This document shows positions 8,959-16,345 of a stretch of DNA of 20,000 bases, piece by piece; positions within the stretch are counted from its first letter, which is position 1, and each line of letters opens with the position of its first letter. Source of the stretch: an uncultured virus (IMG/VR IMGVR_UViG_3300029258_004309) (taxonomy: Duplodnaviria > Heunggongvirae > Uroviricota > Caudoviricetes). A program made the position numbers and the translations under genes. Where the stretch lies: IMG/VR virus record IMGVR_UViG_3300029258_004309. One strand, written 5' to 3'. Under the pieces are notes generated by a model, which was not told where the DNA came from, did no database searches, and worked only from the letters and a program-made list of their open reading frames with translations.

Positions 8959-9177
8959 ATGGGTAGAAAGACACAAGAACACACGTTCTACGAGAAGTAC
9001 TACGCGGCGCTCAAGGGCGCCACCATCGTGGGCACGCGGGTCGAGCTGCAAGACGGACAGTGCTGGCCTGTGATCAAGGTGAGGATGGACAACGGCGACG
9101 AGCTCGAGCTCGAGGTCTCCCGCGACTCCGAGGGCAACGGGCCGGGCTTCCTCTTCGGACTTCCGAGGCCAGCATGA
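8959..9177 (+). CDS. Small phage hypothetical protein (EVSRDSEGNGPGFLF motif)
   Basis: GGAGGT SD; the D.EGNGPG motif is recalled from small phage proteins. Confidence 0.8.
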   Translation: MGRKTQEHTFYEKYYAALKGATIVGTRVELQDGQCWPVIKVRMDNGDELELEVSRDSEGNGPGFLFGLPRPA

Positions 9178-9356
9178 GCAGTGAGGCGAAAGAGATCATC
9201 AAGAGCTGGCCGACCATCATGCAGACCTCAGGCGGCCTCGAGCTCAAGTACGAGGACAAGGAGAAGATCCGCGTCTGGTACAGCGAGTACGACGACGAAG
9301 TCAGCATCGAGGTGCTCGACCCCGAGCAGAGAGGGGGTAGGTGGCTCGAGCTGTAG
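9174..9356 (+). CDS. Small acidic hypothetical protein
   Basis: ATGA overlap; GC3-rich codons. Confidence 0.75.
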   Translation: MSSEAKEIIKSWPTIMQTSGGLELKYEDKEKIRVWYSEYDDEVSIEVLDPEQRGGRWLEL

Positions 9357-9359
9357 GCT

Positions 9360-9388
9360 CAATTCTCAGCGAAAGCGGAGGTCAAGTG
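9360..9388 (+). promoter_or_regulatory. Putative phage promoter variant (CAATT-N13-GAGGTCAAGTG)
   Basis: Shares CTCAATTnnCAGyGAAAGCGG with the 10840 copy; followed by a GAGGGCC/GGCCCTC hairpin at 9388-9406. Confidence 0.5.
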
Positions 9389-9434
9389 AGGGCCCAAGCG
9401 GCCCTCTTCACTCTCACTAGCAGATAGGTAACAG

Positions 9435-9995
9435 ATGTACAAAAAGCTAACAGTAGACAGAATGATCGAGCAGGTGAGGGCGGGACGCTATGCCTCGCAC
9501 GAGTCTGTTCGCAAAGCCGTAGGGCGTTGCGATCTTGCAGAAGAAGAGAAAGAGAAAGTGCGCATGGCCAGCCTTGCCCACTTCAACCCCACCCCCCTCC
9601 AGGCGTTTCTTACTCGGCTGGAGGATGGCAAGTTTCGCAGCCACGGGAGCGCCCTAGCCGCCCTTTCCAAGATCCAGCACAAGTGCGACGCCACGGCGGA
9701 GCAGATCGCCAGTGCACGTGCTGCGGTCTACCGGTTCTATGGGAAGAAGACCTCTGCGGCTCCTGAGGTCGTGACTCCTGCGCCGGCGAAGCCCTCGCCC
9801 GGCGAGGCGAACAAGGATGCGTTGATTCAAACGCTGCTCAGGGCGCTGCTAGACAAGGAACTGCACAACGCGCTCATCGAGGTCTACCCCCTGTACCGTC
9901 GGTACAACGGGACTACCGAGCGCGCCCTCTCCGTGCTCAGAAGCCTCGACAACGCCGGCGTCTCCCTCGATCAGCTCACGTCCCCAAAAGCGTAA
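9435..9995 (+). CDS. Basic helical protein with two tandem ~50-aa repeats
   Basis: AGGT SD; G[RK][YF].SH.S...A.....CD...E.....R.A pattern occurs twice. Confidence 0.8.
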   Translation: MYKKLTVDRMIEQVRAGRYASHESVRKAVGRCDLAEEEKEKVRMASLAHFNPTPLQAFLTRLEDGKFRSHGSALAALSKIQHKCDATAEQIASARAAVYRFYGKKTSAAPEVVTPAPAKPSPGEANKDALIQTLLRALLDKELHNALIEVYPLYRRYNGTTERALSVLRSLDNAGVSLDQLTSPKA

Positions 9996-10030
9996 GGCAC
10001 GCAGCTCTGTGCACAGACGGGGCGCCGGCC

Positions 10031-10765
10031 ATGTCCCAGTCCGGTTGGTGTGACCGGATCTGGCAGCTGGTGGTCGGGTGCTCTTACGTGTCTGAGGGGT
10101 GCAAGCACTGCTACAGCGCCCGCAAGATACACAACGTCTACAGAGACCAGGAATGGGCAAAGGAGCTGACGTGCCTGAACCGAGATGGCGTCCCAGGCTG
10201 GACCGGTAAGGTAGTGCAGCGCCCCGAGCAACTGTTCAAGCTGGATGCTTGGAGTTGCCCCAGCTACGTGCTGGTCGGGGACAGGGGTGATCTTCTTCAT
10301 CCAAAAGTCCCTGACGAGTTCATAGAACGAGCGCTGATCGCCATTGAAAACAATCCCAAGAACATCTACTTGCTGTTGACCAAGAGGTCCAAGCGCATGG
10401 CTTCTTTCTTCGGAAGGAGGAAACTGCCCGACAACTTGTGGCTTGGAGTCAGCGTAGAGAAGGCGAAGTACTTGCATCGAGCCGACGACCTGCACAGGAC
10501 CGGAGCCAAGAAGAAGTTCCTGTCCCTCCAACCGCTGCTCGGTCCTGTGCCCGTGCCTGACGTCGACTGGGTCATCGTGGGTGGGCAGCAAGGCGGGCAG
10601 CAAACAGCTACCAAGCTCGAGTGGGTCGAGCAGGTGGTCGAGCAGGTCAAGGCCAAGGGCATCCCCCTGTACGTGAACTACTTGCCTGGCTACAAGAAGC
10701 TGGGGTTCACCACCCGGGACTGGCCCGAGCACCTTCAGGTGTGGGAGAGGCCGGGATCTGGGTAG
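10031..10765 (+). CDS. DUF5131 (phage Gp37/Gp68, radical-SAM-like) protein, divergent
   Basis: WCD..W....GCSYVSEGCKHCY, WTGKV, LLTKR..RM, NLWLGVSVE, FLSLQPLLG, DWVIVGG. Confidence 0.88.
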   Translation: MSQSGWCDRIWQLVVGCSYVSEGCKHCYSARKIHNVYRDQEWAKELTCLNRDGVPGWTGKVVQRPEQLFKLDAWSCPSYVLVGDRGDLLHPKVPDEFIERALIAIENNPKNIYLLLTKRSKRMASFFGRRKLPDNLWLGVSVEKAKYLHRADDLHRTGAKKKFLSLQPLLGPVPVPDVDWVIVGGQQGGQQTATKLEWVEQVVEQVKAKGIPLYVNYLPGYKKLGFTTRDWPEHLQVWERPGSG

Positions 10766-10810
10766 GCAAGGCACCACGTCATCAAACGGTTGAAGAGGAG
10801 GTAACCGGGA

Positions 10811-10840
10811 GGGGGCGTGCAGGCGCCCTTTTCTATCTAC
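10811..10840 (+). terminator. Hairpin terminator candidate
   Basis: GGGCG/CGCCC stem followed by TTTTCTATCTAC. Confidence 0.55.
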
Positions 10841-10841
10841 T

Positions 10842-10870
10842 CAATTACCAGTGAAAGCGGGGCACAATAG
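10842..10870 (+). promoter_or_regulatory. Putative phage promoter (CAATT-N13-GGGCACAATAG)
   Basis: Repeated bipartite motif directly after a terminator. Confidence 0.6.
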
Positions 10871-10905
10871 TATTGAGAAGCATAGAACCAACAGGAGACA
10901 GTTCA

Positions 10906-11340
10906 ATGATCACACGTATCCTGACTGCAGCAGTTCGCCCCGCCTTTGAAACCCTTCGCCATGAAGAGGAGGTGCGACGTGCGCCCTGGACTCTGGTCAA
11001 GTCCTACGGGACCATTGGTCTCGTCTCGTACTTGGTGCTCAGCCACTTCTCCAACAAGGAGACGGCAGAGAAGACCACCAAGCACGCTGAGGAGTTGGCC
11101 TACTTCGACAAGCGCATCGCCAATGCCAACGAGCGCATCGCCGAGCTCGAGGACCGTCTCCACGACTACGAGGCACTCGCCGGGGTGCTCGAGATCGAGA
11201 AGGAGAAGATTCGGCAGCGGCGCCGAGTCGAGGAGGCGCGGGCCATCGTGAGGCGTTACGAGGAGGCCAAGGCTATCGTGGTCGAGGCCGACGCGCCCAA
11301 GGGCAACGGCGCACATCAGTATGACGGCGTCGGCACGTGA
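10906..11340 (+). CDS. Coiled-coil protein with a possible membrane anchor
   Basis: AGGAG SD before ATG 10906; YGTIGLVSYLVL followed by long heptad repeats. Confidence 0.8.
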   Translation: MITRILTAAVRPAFETLRHEEEVRRAPWTLVKSYGTIGLVSYLVLSHFSNKETAEKTTKHAEELAYFDKRIANANERIAELEDRLHDYEALAGVLEIEKEKIRQRRRVEEARAIVRRYEEAKAIVVEADAPKGNGAHQYDGVGT

Positions 11341-11417
11341 CGGACTGAGATCCCAACCCAGTGACGGGCTCCACAGCGGAGTAAACCGAACACCTGGGGC
11401 GGGTCGACAGATCATAC

Positions 11418-11443
11418 GGGGGGACCTCCCCTCTTTTTACTAC
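11418..11443 (+). terminator. Hairpin terminator candidate
   Basis: GGGGGG-ACCT-CCCCTC followed by TTTTTACTAC. Confidence 0.5.
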
Positions 11444-11453
11444 TGGAGGAACC

Positions 11454-11660
11454 ATGAACAGTGACAAGATGAAGGACCTGGCCCAGAGGCTCCGAGCCAG
11501 GTTGGAAGAAGAGCAGAGGGATGAGGATGAGGACGAGCCCGAGCCCGTGTTCGAGCTCAAGCCTACGGGCGAGCCCCCGACGCTCGACGAGCTGCTGCCG
11601 CTTGCGATGCGTGCGACCGTTGCTTCTCTGCCCAGGAGGAAAGAGAAGAAAGAGTCCTGA
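11454..11660 (+). CDS. Small charged hypothetical protein
   Basis: GGAGG SD; TGATG coupling. Confidence 0.8.
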   Translation: MNSDKMKDLAQRLRARLEEEQRDEDEDEPEPVFELKPTGEPPTLDELLPLAMRATVASLPRRKEKKES

Positions 11661-11848
11661 TGAGCAACCCGTACCGCAAGCCGTGGCTTCCAGCGAAGAA
11701 GTGCCCACCGCAGTGCGACGACGACTACCGCATGTGCGAGCACTGCCCGGACAACCCAGGGCTGCACCCGGACCCGTGCCCGGTGTGCGGCGCCAGATGG
11801 GACCAACCTTGCGACAAGAGCAAGCACGGAGAGGGAGAAGACAGATGA
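11660..11848 (+). CDS. Small Cys/His-rich (Zn-finger-like) protein
   Basis: CPPQC, CEHC, CPVC, C...H within 62 aa; coupled at both ends. Confidence 0.75.
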   Translation: MSNPYRKPWLPAKKCPPQCDDDYRMCEHCPDNPGLHPDPCPVCGARWDQPCDKSKHGEGEDR

Positions 11849-12597
11849 GCAGATCGGATGTGCAGCCGAGTACCGAAGAGGTGCTCTGCAGACAGATCGA
11901 CCAGTGTGTGGAGCAGGAGAAGGAGTCCCTGGCCATGCTCAAACGGCTCGAGTGGATCGAGCTAAGCGAGGAGTCGGAAGACTGCCAGGGCTACCCCACC
12001 GACATCACGCTCGGCCCCAGGTGCCCGGTGTGCGGGATGAGCGAGAAGCACATGGCCGACTGCGAGCTCGCGGGCCTGATCAAGAAGCTCGGCGGCGGCG
12101 TCGAGCAGTACGGGCCGGGCGAGCTCGAGGAGGAGAACCGCCTGAGGGAGGAGAAGCACAAGAAGATGCGGTGGTTGGCGGACGTGCGGCGAGTGGCGTT
12201 CATCTTCCAACAGATCGAGCACGTCCTGAGGACCTGCGAGAGATACCGGATCGATACGAGTGCGGGCACGCCCACGGTGCTGGAAGAAGTGCCGGTCATC
12301 TACGGCGTCAGGGACGGCCTCGACTGTGACCCCATCCACAGAAACGGGGTCGTCAGCGTGTGCGCCTACGACGCCGAGACGAGGGACCGCATCGAGGACA
12401 ACTGGTTGCTCATCGACGACCCCATCAAGCCAACGGCCAAAGTGCTGAAGATGACCAAGCCGCTGGGCGAGCGCTTCGAGAACTGGACGATACATCACGT
12501 TCGCATGGTCGGGGCGCAGCTCGGCCTGTTCAGGGTCAACGCCTGCTGCGCCCATGGCCCCATCAAGTACGTGGGCGGCGTGGCCGTACTCGCATGA
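11845..12597 (+). CDS. Hypothetical protein with a CPVCG...H..DC.L motif
   Basis: GGGAG SD; ATGA overlap. Confidence 0.8.
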   Translation: MSRSDVQPSTEEVLCRQIDQCVEQEKESLAMLKRLEWIELSEESEDCQGYPTDITLGPRCPVCGMSEKHMADCELAGLIKKLGGGVEQYGPGELEEENRLREEKHKKMRWLADVRRVAFIFQQIEHVLRTCERYRIDTSAGTPTVLEEVPVIYGVRDGLDCDPIHRNGVVSVCAYDAETRDRIEDNWLLIDDPIKPTAKVLKMTKPLGERFENWTIHHVRMVGAQLGLFRVNACCAHGPIKYVGGVAVLA

Positions 12598-12610
12598 GAG
12601 GAGGTAGAAG

Positions 12611-12814
12611 ATGCTGGTCTACAGAACAGTAACGAAGCTCACAGACCACGGGCAGCTGGCGATTGCACTTGAGGAGCCGAGGCCCCCACAGGGGCCGTAC
12701 GTCCTTGACCACTGGCACCTGGTCAGCATGAAGGAGGACTCGTACGAGTGGGAGGGGACCGGGGAGAAGCGCATCGAGATCACGGCGTGGTGGCTGCCCA
12801 TCTTCAGTGGATAG
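12611..12814 (+). CDS. Small hypothetical protein
   Basis: GGAGGT SD. Confidence 0.75.
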   Translation: MLVYRTVTKLTDHGQLAIALEEPRPPQGPYVLDHWHLVSMKEDSYEWEGTGEKRIEITAWWLPIFSG

Positions 12815-12832
12815 GAGAAGACAGATGTGGTC

Positions 12833-12877
12833 AGGGAGCTGGTCGTCGAGGATTGGCTCCCCTCTTTTTTACCTACT
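12833..12877 (+). terminator. Hairpin terminator candidate
   Basis: GGAGCTGGTC/GATTGGCTCC stem (with G-U pairs) followed by CTTTTTTACCTACT. Confidence 0.65.
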
Positions 12878-12916
12878 CAGTCAGAAGTAGGTAGACCAGA
12901 GCGTCTTCTAGTTGCT

Positions 12917-12945
12917 CAATTCTTTCTACTGATCGGGTACAAGAG
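12917..12945 (+). promoter_or_regulatory. Putative phage promoter (CAATT-N13-GGGTACAAGAG)
   Basis: Repeated bipartite motif; the ATG follows 5 nt later. Confidence 0.6.
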
Positions 12946-12950
12946 TAGTG

Positions 12951-12984
12951 ATGAAGAACACCATGAAGAACACCATGAACCACC
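12951..12984 (+). repeat. 12-bp tandem repeat ATGAAGAACACC x2 plus a partial third copy
   Basis: Read directly; encodes MKNT-MKNT-MNH. Confidence 0.9.
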
Positions 12985-13544
12985 ACCTTCGCCCGGTCGT
13001 CAAAGACCGGCTTGACCGCATGAAGCGGTTGGCGACCTTCGCCCCCTTCCTTCCCGGGGAAGGACCGGTGGAGGCTGCCCGACGGGCATGGAGCTACCGA
13101 TGGATAATCTCGGGGGATGTGCAGCTTCGGTCGTTCATCGACCTCGACTCGCTCCCGTCGGTGCCCCAGGTGCACGACATCGAGTGTCGGCAGGCGCGAC
13201 GCCGCTGGGCAAAGAGGGAGGAGGCGAGGCCGGAGGAGCGAAAGGCTCTCCGGCGCCAGCTCTTCTCGATGATGCCCGTTTCCCAGCGGGTCTACTTCGC
13301 CAAGGGGTGCTGCTCCGTGCAGTCCCCACCCGGGGCCGTCGCGCGAATCGGTGGGAGCGAGAGCTCCTACTGCTGGTTCCTCGACCGCTTCGGGCGGGTC
13401 ATCGAGGGGTGGCGCGCCCGCTCCTCAGGTCCCGACACCTGGCCCGAGCCCGCGCCGTTCGTGCCGGATCTGCAGAGCGGGCAGTGGCCGATCACCCCCC
13501 TCGGCCGATCCTTCCGGGACTGGCTTTTCGGGGTGGCGTCATGA
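12951..13544 (+). CDS. Arg/Trp-rich hypothetical protein
   Basis: Open frame downstream of the promoter motif; start ambiguous (12951, 12963 or 12975). Confidence 0.7.
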   Translation: MKNTMKNTMNHHLRPVVKDRLDRMKRLATFAPFLPGEGPVEAARRAWSYRWIISGDVQLRSFIDLDSLPSVPQVHDIECRQARRRWAKREEARPEERKALRRQLFSMMPVSQRVYFAKGCCSVQSPPGAVARIGGSESSYCWFLDRFGRVIEGWRARSSGPDTWPEPAPFVPDLQSGQWPITPLGRSFRDWLFGVAS

Positions 13545-13621
13545 CGACTTTCGTCGTGGAGCATTGGACGGCCGCCCCCTCGTCAGAGCACGTGGGGTAC
13601 TACTGCATGTGCCGAGACTGA
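13541..13621 (+). CDS. Possible 26-aa peptide MTTFVVEHWTAAPSSEHVGYYCMCRD
   Basis: ATGA overlap with the upstream stop, GGGGTGG upstream, ends just before a terminator. Confidence 0.35.
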   Translation: MTTFVVEHWTAAPSSEHVGYYCMCRD

Positions 13622-13635
13622 CCGTTCTGGTCAGC

Positions 13636-13669
13636 CGCGTCCCCTTCCCGGGGGCGCGCTTTCTTTAGC
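13636..13669 (+). terminator. Hairpin terminator ending the accessory block
   Basis: CGCGTCCCC-TTCCC-GGGGGCGCG followed by CTTTCTTTAGC. Confidence 0.65.
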
Positions 13670-13784
13670 CCCGTGTTGGCGTAATAGTTCGCGGCCATGA
13701 TGGTAACACCTGCCCGGGTGTTACCGTTTCGTCTCTTTTCGGTTGACTCGTCCCGGCACCCAGATGCCCCAACTGTTGACCTCG

Positions 13785-13793
13785 TGGTATAAC
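13785..13793 (+). promoter_or_regulatory. Extended -10-like element TGGTATAAC
   Basis: 20 nt upstream of ATG 13814, ahead of an AAGGAG SD. Confidence 0.4.
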
Positions 13794-13813
13794 GGGCGAG
13801 AAGGAGCGAAGAC

Positions 13814-16345
13814 ATGCCCGGACTGTTTCTCGACCACAAGAAGGTACGCTTCGAGTTCGAAAAGCTCGGCTCGGAGACGATGCTTCCTGAAGACCCGAAC
13901 GTTTGGCCCAACGAGATCCTGCAAGAGCTGTACAAGCAGGTGAGCTACATCGCCGACTTCACGCCGAAGGTCGTTCCGGCCATCATCGACGGCGAGAAGG
14001 GCTACGGCTTCGGCCACATCGAGGTCACCAGCAAGACGGGTGCGCAGAACCCGACGCCGGCGCAAGAGGAGGCAGCGGGTATCCGCCACGTGCGCATCCC
14101 GTTCCTCATCAAGGATCGGAAGCTGATGCCCCTCGACCTCCTGCTCACCGACAGCTCCAAGCTGATGCCCTTGACCGAGACTCGGATGCGGCAAGCGCTG
14201 TTCCGCCCTCAGTCGTTCGACGTCACGAGCAAGACCCCTGGCGACGCCTCCTTGATCGGGCAGCTGTACCCGCCGTATCGCCAGAACTACGGCTTCGGCG
14301 GAGGCGGTGGTGTCGTGAACATCGGCATGGGCAAGATGGGCGAGGCCGACAAGAGCGTCGGGGACACTGCTCGCCACATGCTCCTTCACGGCATCTACCG
14401 GGGCGACGTCGGTCAGGCGCGCAAGGGGCGCGCGGCTCTCGTCAAGCAGAAGGGTACGGCAGCCGACATCGCCGCGCACGACCGGTACATCGCCAAGATG
14501 GGCGAGGCCGACACCTTCATGGGCTGGCTCGCTGAAGAGTACCAGTCCAAGGAAGCCAGCGACGTCGAGGAACTCGCGCGCACCCTCAAGGAGCGGATCA
14601 AGAAGACTCGCAAGGACCCCGCAGCCACGCTCGACGAGATGGCCACGCTGTCGGGACTCAAGAGCGCCAGCGCGCAGGACCCCAGGCTGCCTGGAGAAGA
14701 CCGCCGGCTCACGGGTCCGAGCCCCGAGTACATGGGCCTCAAGAGCCCGACCAACAAGATCGAGAAGAAGGCCAGCAAGGCCGACAAGGCGATCTTGTGG
14801 GCCATGGAGAAGACGAAGGGCACACCGGAGAGTGCCCGAGCTTTCGAAAAAGCGCGTCCCAACATCGAGCGAGCCATCTGGGGTGCGGGTATTGGTCTTG
14901 GCACTGGTGCCGGTATGGGCATTGGCTACCACGAGGGCAGCAAGGGCCGGCCGGGCCGCGAGGCAGCGTCTGGCAAGTACCGAACCAAGAAGTCCTCCAT
15001 CCTGCCGTCCATCCTTCGTACCATCAACGAGACCGACTTCCAGAGGCTCGCTACGCTCATCGACGAGCCTGAGGTGAAACTTGCCTTCTTGCAGAACGAG
15101 GACGCTTCCAAGGCTCTGGCTCCGCTTGGAAGCTACCGACCCGTGCCCGCCGAGAAGCGTGCTGAGGCTTTCGTGCGAGCCATCCCAAGTGATGTCGCCC
15201 AGATCCGACGGCTTGGGGACGGTACGTACGAAGTCAAGGTGGCATCCCATCGGTTCTGGGCTCCCCGCACTTCCAGGGTGGACCGCGGGCAACTGGTGGA
15301 TCTCGTGGGGACCAAGTTGGCCATGGACGTGGATACCAATGAGTCGGTGACCATGGCCGACGGCGCCCAGGTCGACATGCCGAGCCCCGAGCAGGACAAG
15401 CTCGCCCCCATCGTGGACTTCGGGCTGTACCGGTACGCCATGCAGGCCGACATCGCTGGTGTGCGTGCCGGCGAAGGCATGGCCATCCCCGAGGGCGACC
15501 CTCACGGGCACGGTGCGTTCTTCCGGGTGCTGCCCAACGGCAAGGCCGAGGCGACGGTGCCGATGACCATCAAGGGGCAAGTCGAGGGCGGCTACATGGT
15601 CGAGGCCTTCGACGGAGCTCCCGTCACCGTGATGCCGCAGGCAGGCATTGAGGGCTTCGCTCTTGCGGGCGACACGCTGCTCGTACCCCAGGACGTCAGG
15701 TGGCTCGACCTCGACCAGGCCCAAGAGGTCCAGCTCGTCGAGCAGCCCGGTGAGCCCGGTCAGAAGGAAGCGATGGCCCGCGCCATCAGCGTCGACATCC
15801 GCTCTTCCGGCCCCAACACCTTCAGCATCGACGGGCCGCCCGTGAGCAAGCTGGCGTATGCGCAGAAGCAGATGCTCAGCTTCGACGACGCCTCCTTCCT
15901 GCTGGCGGGCTTGGGCGTGCAGCCCCCGTTCGCCATGCACAAGCTCAGCGAGGCCGTGTTCGCGGGCAAGCCCGTGACCGTACCCACGTGCCGCGTCATC
16001 AAGACCGCCGGCGAGCGGATGCACGACGGTCTTCTCAGGGCCCGGGACAAGATCGCATCGAGGCCGGTGCCCAAGGTCGGCTTCCTCGTCAAAGAGGCGG
16101 CGATGATCCCGGATACCACCAGCGTCGACGTCGTCCTGTCCCTCGGCTTCCTCAACGAGGAGAACATCAACGAGTTCCTGAAGTCGCTGCCCGTGCTCGA
16201 GGACGCGCAGCTGCGGATGAGCGAGCTGCTGTACGCGAGCCGCGTGGGCCTGCAGGACGTCCCCGACCAGGCCCTCGAGCGCGCCATTCGGGCCGTCGAG
16301 AAGGTCATCGAAGGTCTCAAGGTCCTGGCGTTTACAGAGAACTGA
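13814..16345 (+). CDS. 843-aa protein, probably virion/morphogenesis-related, rich in K-x-A/S/G motifs
   Basis: AAGGAG SD; strong codon bias; no recognisable catalytic motif, so the function is inferred. Confidence 0.85.
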   Translation: MPGLFLDHKKVRFEFEKLGSETMLPEDPNVWPNEILQELYKQVSYIADFTPKVVPAIIDGEKGYGFGHIEVTSKTGAQNPTPAQEEAAGIRHVRIPFLIKDRKLMPLDLLLTDSSKLMPLTETRMRQALFRPQSFDVTSKTPGDASLIGQLYPPYRQNYGFGGGGGVVNIGMGKMGEADKSVGDTARHMLLHGIYRGDVGQARKGRAALVKQKGTAADIAAHDRYIAKMGEADTFMGWLAEEYQSKEASDVEELARTLKERIKKTRKDPAATLDEMATLSGLKSASAQDPRLPGEDRRLTGPSPEYMGLKSPTNKIEKKASKADKAILWAMEKTKGTPESARAFEKARPNIERAIWGAGIGLGTGAGMGIGYHEGSKGRPGREAASGKYRTKKSSILPSILRTINETDFQRLATLIDEPEVKLAFLQNEDASKALAPLGSYRPVPAEKRAEAFVRAIPSDVAQIRRLGDGTYEVKVASHRFWAPRTSRVDRGQLVDLVGTKLAMDVDTNESVTMADGAQVDMPSPEQDKLAPIVDFGLYRYAMQADIAGVRAGEGMAIPEGDPHGHGAFFRVLPNGKAEATVPMTIKGQVEGGYMVEAFDGAPVTVMPQAGIEGFALAGDTLLVPQDVRWLDLDQAQEVQLVEQPGEPGQKEAMARAISVDIRSSGPNTFSIDGPPVSKLAYAQKQMLSFDDASFLLAGLGVQPPFAMHKLSEAVFAGKPVTVPTCRVIKTAGERMHDGLLRARDKIASRPVPKVGFLVKEAAMIPDTTSVDVVLSLGFLNEENINEFLKSLPVLEDAQLRMSELLYASRVGLQDVPDQALERAIRAVEKVIEGLKVLAFTEN
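14332..14513 (+). repeat. 20-bp perfect direct repeat CAAGATGGGCGAGGCCGACA (14332-14351 and 14494-14513)
   Basis: Read directly; in frame, 162 bp apart, encodes KMGEAD twice. Confidence 0.9.

Noticed and set aside
13619..13684. TGA readthrough or selenocysteine at the end of the 26-aa ORF
   Set aside because: The extension is not protein-like and runs through a terminator; the hairpin is not SECIS-like
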